From positions 1 through 64,000 of IMG/VR virus record IMGVR_UViG_3300028797_000108: a stretch of 64,000 nucleotides of DNA, one strand, 5' to 3'. This document shows, one piece after another, positions 59,241-64,000 of this stretch. This DNA comes from a virus (lineage: Duplodnaviria > Caudoviricetes). Within the stretch, counting starts at the first letter, position 1; the number at the start of each line of letters is the position of its first letter. The notes under the pieces are model-generated. The model saw only the letters and a list, made by a program, of their open reading frames with translations. It was not told the origin of the DNA and made no database searches. The translations under genes were made by a program, and so were the position numbers.

Positions 59241-60038
59241 ATGTTAAATTATTCAGAAGTATTCAACATTCAAAAGACAACCCTGCCGGTTCAGCAAAAA
59301 GACCTTCAGGGCATTCTGTCTCAGAAATCGTTTATGGGCTATGTTCAGTGCCCATATTCTCGTTTAGTAGATACCCTAAAGGAAATCTGTGAGGCTGAAC
59401 AATACGAAATTACGGTTAACCCTGAAGAACTTTATTCACAGGGCAATAACCCGTTCCACCACGCTGACTGCCTAATTCAAGTTGAAGGACTTCGCTCCTT
59501 TGATGAATTTACAGCGAAGGTCGTGTCAAATGAAGACACGAAAGAATGGACTGACTTCGTCACTTATTCCGAAACATTCAAGGACGAAATCAAGCAGCTG
59601 AAAATGACGGTCATTCAAAAGTACTTGTGGAACGCTCAAAACATTTCAAATTGGTTCAATGACAATGCCTTTGCTCTACCTGCTGGAAAGAAGCAGGAGT
59701 TGACGACAGATTGGGAATCATTCAAAAAGAATGTGCTTCTGACTAGCGACCTTTATTCATTCATTGATTCTTGCGATGAAGGCGAACTGCAGAAGGCTGC
59801 ATCTGTGCTTCGTGCCAACTTGGTGAAGAAGCTCCAGAAGTATCGTCCAGAACTCGACCGACATGTTGCGAACAACACGAAGCGTGAGACGAAGATCATC
59901 GTCAAGAACCCTGTCATCAACCGTATATTCATTGTTTCAAATTATGCTAAGCAATGTGAAAAGGACTGGCCGAAGATTAACTTCACATCGCTTGACCGTC
60001 GCAGCTTTGAAACGCTTAGCTTGTGGAACGAGGCGTAA
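59241..60038 (+). CDS. Hypothetical late protein
   Basis: Late promoter at 59218; 265 aa. Confidence 0.55.
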   Translation: MLNYSEVFNIQKTTLPVQQKDLQGILSQKSFMGYVQCPYSRLVDTLKEICEAEQYEITVNPEELYSQGNNPFHHADCLIQVEGLRSFDEFTAKVVSNEDTKEWTDFVTYSETFKDEIKQLKMTVIQKYLWNAQNISNWFNDNAFALPAGKKQELTTDWESFKKNVLLTSDLYSFIDSCDEGELQKAASVLRANLVKKLQKYRPELDRHVANNTKRETKIIVKNPVINRIFIVSNYAKQCEKDWPKINFTSLDRRSFETLSLWNEA

Positions 60039-62813
60039 ATGATTAAGAATAGCAGTTTTGATTTTAGCTATGACTATCTAAGATTTGACACGACATGGCT
60101 GTTCGAGTGGAACTATGAACAGATTACAGATGACACTATCAAGTTCTATCCATTCACCGAAACAGGCAATAGCACTACTTGGAAGTTCAGAGCTACAGCT
60201 GATGAGTCAGGAAAGGAACCTGCGTCAGCTATCATTAAGCATGATGAATTCGTCTGGGACGCATTGGAGCCTTGGCTTGAATATCATGAAGACGAAGTAA
60301 AGAAGTGGGATGCGTCTCACCCGAAGAACCCTACTCGCTATCTCTCACCAGGTTCTTCATTCATCACCATCACCAACTCAATTGAGACGGTGGTTATTGA
60401 CAACGTTCCGCCTGCATTTGTTTCCGATAAAGGAACCGAATATGTTTGGATATGCGATAAGAAAACACGCCGCGATGTAAAGCGCCACTGTGAATTTATT
60501 TTCAGAGACCAAGCAGGCCTTGACTTCAAGAACTTTGAAGTGACTATCCCAGCATCGGAAACTGACCCTGAAATTGTCATCTATAAGTATGACCGTAAAA
60601 AGGAACCAACTGCATCTGAGGAAAACCCGAACCCAATCATCGGCGTTGACCCATTAACTAACATGCCTTACATTGACGAATACTCATTGAAGATTTCGTC
60701 AGATGGTTTCCATACATACAAGGTTCAGTTTGATTTGCTTTACGGCGCATCTGACCCTGAAGTGAAACGCCTTAATGACGATGGCTTAGCAATATCTGTA
60801 TGGGATAAAGCCGGCAACGTTTCAACATATACATTCGGAGGAAACGGCAGCGAAAAGCGTAAGTGGGTTCTTATTGACTCAATGGACGATATCTCCGAAC
60901 TGCAGCCTTTGGTAATTAAGTTCTATGACCATGACCCAGCAAACAGAGTAGTTGATGAAAACTCTTTAGGCTCTGTTTGGGTGTCAGTCTATAACCCGAA
61001 TACAGACTTCTGGCCGATTGACATTATGGCTGGTCTAGCAGGACCAGGTAAAGATGAACAACCTAATGACCTAATTCACGATATGTTCAGCGGTGCTGAC
61101 ATTGACATCAGCACATACGACGATTCACAATACGCAACAACAGGCGTGATTCGTTTCAAGGTCATAAACATTGCGAAGGGTGGCAACATTGACATTGAAG
61201 CTTGGCTACATACAGGCGTCAAGATCTTTGATGATATGATACAGACCTCGACCTACGCTATTGAAAGCGATGGTCCGTGGATTGTTATGGACTCCGAAGG
61301 TCGTAAGTATAACATCCAGCGTTATGTTCCGAAGTACTTAAGAAACACTGATTACTTCGAGTTCATCAAGTTCTTTGAACTTTACTTGAATACCGTTTAC
61401 ACGAATATGACAAAGGGCACCAATATCTCAATCCTTGAAAAGATTGCGAAGATCGGTGACTTCAATGATATTGACCGAATTGAACATGGCATGATTTGGC
61501 ATTATGCTAAGCAGTTCGGTATGGAATATAACATTGACCTACAGACAATGATTGACCTAAACCTTGGCTTCAGCAACCCTGCAGTGGTAAAGGACGCCAA
61601 CGGTCAAATCATCTATGAAAAGGACGGCAAGACACCTAAGAGAGCCGCTTACATCAACGGCCGAACTGAAGACGATGTCATTGACATTTTGAAGTATGCC
61701 TTGAAGAACCTTCCGATGTATAACCAGCTTAAGGGTTCTGTCAAGGGTATGGTGTTCGCAATGAAGATGTTCTCACTGAGCTGCAAGGTGATTAACTTGT
61801 GGTGTAAGCTAGGACCGGAAGTTGAAGAACATCCTGACTTCGTTGAAGAAGACCGCATGTTTGACTTCACCTCACACTTCTTGACCTCAAGATTCAACCT
61901 TGAGTTCAACTCGCTAAACGTTGACTTCCCTACCTTCAACGATAACCTTGAAGTATTCGTTCGTTTCATCAAGAGTATCAAGCCTATCGTTCGTATCTTG
62001 AACTTGATTAAGTACACAATCATCTTTGAATACGATTTGCATTGGCTCGTGAACCCGTATGTTCATGATGACTTTGAAGGACAAGGCGATGACAGCTACC
62101 TATACACGCTCACTTGGAAGAATGAAGAACTGGCTGAAATGATTGAACGAACAAGAGTAGACTGGAGGGTCATGCATGCCACACGCTTGTGGGTTAACTT
62201 TGTGCCGCACAGCATTGCCACTGAAAAGACAAAACAGGAAGTAGGTGAAGTAAGCCCTGCTGATATGGAGAATGCTTACACATTGCTCTCAACAATGATT
62301 AACGAATCACGACACAAATTCATCTTCAAGATGAACGCTGATTATGACATCAATTATGAAGTTGACATTCGTGATAAGTATGATCCGACTGGTGAATGGA
62401 CACACGAAACAACATACGACCTCGATGTGACAGGTGACACTGAACACTTCGAGTTCATCAAGGAAATGAAGTTGACAGACATTGACATTACAATGTGTGA
62501 CAGCGGTTTCTACATCTATCCTAAGGATGGTGAAATGGCTACTCACTTGGCTGAATTTGTAAAGCCAGTCTACTACCTTGAAAATTACGCTGCTGACAAG
62601 GCTGATGAAGCTCGTGAACAGCTCATCGCAGCAATCATGGCAGACGACGAATTGACTGAAGAACAAAAGGCTGCCGCTGTTAACCGTGTCAAGACTCGTT
62701 TGGAAATCCGTATCAGAATTACCAATCTTGATGACTGTGCTGACTTAACAATGACAACCCAAATCAGACATGTGCCTGGAACTGAAATTTGTTATTGCGA
62801 ACCTTTGGAATAA
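60039..62813 (+). CDS. Baseplate wedge protein (gp7-like)
   Basis: YVPKYL....YFEFIKFFELYL, DIDRI......YAKQFG, Y.QLKGS..G. Confidence 0.55.
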   Translation: MIKNSSFDFSYDYLRFDTTWLFEWNYEQITDDTIKFYPFTETGNSTTWKFRATADESGKEPASAIIKHDEFVWDALEPWLEYHEDEVKKWDASHPKNPTRYLSPGSSFITITNSIETVVIDNVPPAFVSDKGTEYVWICDKKTRRDVKRHCEFIFRDQAGLDFKNFEVTIPASETDPEIVIYKYDRKKEPTASEENPNPIIGVDPLTNMPYIDEYSLKISSDGFHTYKVQFDLLYGASDPEVKRLNDDGLAISVWDKAGNVSTYTFGGNGSEKRKWVLIDSMDDISELQPLVIKFYDHDPANRVVDENSLGSVWVSVYNPNTDFWPIDIMAGLAGPGKDEQPNDLIHDMFSGADIDISTYDDSQYATTGVIRFKVINIAKGGNIDIEAWLHTGVKIFDDMIQTSTYAIESDGPWIVMDSEGRKYNIQRYVPKYLRNTDYFEFIKFFELYLNTVYTNMTKGTNISILEKIAKIGDFNDIDRIEHGMIWHYAKQFGMEYNIDLQTMIDLNLGFSNPAVVKDANGQIIYEKDGKTPKRAAYINGRTEDDVIDILKYALKNLPMYNQLKGSVKGMVFAMKMFSLSCKVINLWCKLGPEVEEHPDFVEEDRMFDFTSHFLTSRFNLEFNSLNVDFPTFNDNLEVFVRFIKSIKPIVRILNLIKYTIIFEYDLHWLVNPYVHDDFEGQGDDSYLYTLTWKNEELAEMIERTRVDWRVMHATRLWVNFVPHSIATEKTKQEVGEVSPADMENAYTLLSTMINESRHKFIFKMNADYDINYEVDIRDKYDPTGEWTHETTYDLDVTGDTEHFEFIKEMKLTDIDITMCDSGFYIYPKDGEMATHLAEFVKPVYYLENYAADKADEAREQLIAAIMADDELTEEQKAAAVNRVKTRLEIRIRITNLDDCADLTMTTQIRHVPGTEICYCEPLE

Positions 62814-62836
62814 ATATAAAAAGGATTTAAGAAGCT

Positions 62837-64000
62837 ATGTCAAGTTATAGAGCAGAACAAAAAGAATGCGTTATTACTCGCCAGGGACAGGCGAACATTT
62901 ATAAGCAGGGCAACGGTTTTAAGTTTGCTCTGCAGGGCTATGCTTTGTTTAAGGATGTCAACGGATGGCTCCAACAAAAGTGCTTGAAAATTGACAATGA
63001 CGGCACAGACGAAGAGGGTCAGGACGCCGGCAGTAAGGACGATGAATTTGACTTCAACTGCCTTCGTGATTTTACGCTTGATGATGTTAAGAAAAACCTG
63101 AACGTCATCTTCAAGGGCGTCACTTATTCGTATGACAACAACCTTCACCGCCCAAATGCTATTCAGTATGCAAATGCCTGGGACGATGTTGAAAATCATC
63201 TGTTCCCTCTGCAGCACGCATACAACTATGACGAATCATATTACACCGACGCTGATGGCGACGGCAAAGAAGACGAGCAAATGAACAATTATGACAACAC
63301 CTATGTTTCATATGATGTTGTCATTAACCGTGAACTTGTTGACGTAACTGATGTGACAGGTGACCAAACCTTTGACGGTATCATCTATATTGCTCGTCCG
63401 TTCAAGAATGAACCACAGGATGATAACCTAGACATTCTTGACCCACAGAAGCCGGTACTGTTCGCAATTTCATACTTCGCTGTTGATAAGTTGATGATCT
63501 TGAAGGAACAGAAAGATCGCCTTGTCATGAATGTTGAAATGCATGTAGGATATGCCTACGATGAAAACGGCGAAGACGCTATCGTTGACATTCAAAACCA
63601 AATGCCTGAAGGCTATAATGAAAAGGGTTTGGTCCAAGGCATTCACCTTGCTAATGATGCTTCAACGAATACATTGAATGACTGTGAAAGCTATGAAACT
63701 GTAAATAAGTTATTCATCACATCAGTACCTGATGAAGAAATTAAACCGTATGATGTATTCTCTAAGTTGAACATCATGTCTCAGGGTACTGAACGAATTG
63801 CGGAATCTACACCGCAGTTGATGTTCTCGTTGGTTAACAACAAAGGAAACAAATCATGGAACGGTCAACGCCTAGCATTTAACTATGCTTCAGGTGGTCG
63901 TGCTCCTTTGTTCAGAATTTTTGAATTGGCAGGCGCCGGTAAGCAACGCATCAACGTTGAATTGCTTGGCGTGAACAACCTTTATCAGAACATAAAGGGT
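62837..64000 (+). CDS. Probable baseplate/tail-fibre protein (3' partial, missing from the ORF track)
   Basis: ATG at 62837 after AATAAATA: MSSYRAEQKECVITRQGQANIYKQGNGFKFALQGY...; appears open to the window end. Confidence 0.6.
   Translation, partial: MSSYRAEQKECVITRQGQANIYKQGNGFKFALQGYALFKDVNGWLQQKCLKIDNDGTDEEGQDAGSKDDEFDFNCLRDFTLDDVKKNLNVIFKGVTYSYDNNLHRPNAIQYANAWDDVENHLFPLQHAYNYDESYYTDADGDGKEDEQMNNYDNTYVSYDVVINRELVDVTDVTGDQTFDGIIYIARPFKNEPQDDNLDILDPQKPVLFAISYFAVDKLMILKEQKDRLVMNVEMHVGYAYDENGEDAIVDIQNQMPEGYNEKGLVQGIHLANDASTNTLNDCESYETVNKLFITSVPDEEIKPYDVFSKLNIMSQGTERIAESTPQLMFSLVNNKGNKSWNGQRLAFNYASGGRAPLFRIFELAGAGKQRINVELLGVNNLYQNIKG

Noticed and set aside
62840-63217. Minus-strand 125-aa ORF
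   Set aside because: Shadow of the + strand gene that starts at 62837 and runs off the window
1-64000. CRISPR array, DGR, IS element or tRNA genes
   Set aside because: No regularly spaced repeats, reverse transcriptase, transposase or cloverleaf seen by eye; the repeats present are coding low-complexity tracts

Overview
This 64 kb window comes from a large T4-like (myovirus) phage genome, mostly on the + strand and read with the standard genetic code. It holds most morphogenesis genes in a scrambled order: gp14/gp13 neck, gp18 sheath, gp21 protease, gp17 N-half, gp53, gp25, gp16, gp20 portal, gp19 tube, gp22, gp23 capsid, gp26-, gp6- and gp7-like baseplate proteins. It also carries regA, nrdD, a C5-cytosine methyltransferase-like gene, a DinG/Rad3 helicase, a glycosyltransferase and a Dps-like protein, with many TATAAATA late promoters. 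Four features stand out. (1) The large terminase gene stops after the ATPase domain and ends in a 38-aa N-terminal split-intein fragment whose partner is absent from the window. (2) A secreted GH10 xylanase-CBM6 and a 1492-aa cadherin-repeat surface protein, both Fibrobacter-like, point to a rumen/gut fibre-degrading host. (3) At least 8 dispersed genes share an N-terminal 'MELNEA..L..AG..AE' leader that looks like a capsid-targeting/protease-cleavage tag on unrelated cargoes. (4) A ~300-nt hairpin-dense intergenic segment is a candidate ncRNA. All assignments are by motif recognition; no database searches were run.
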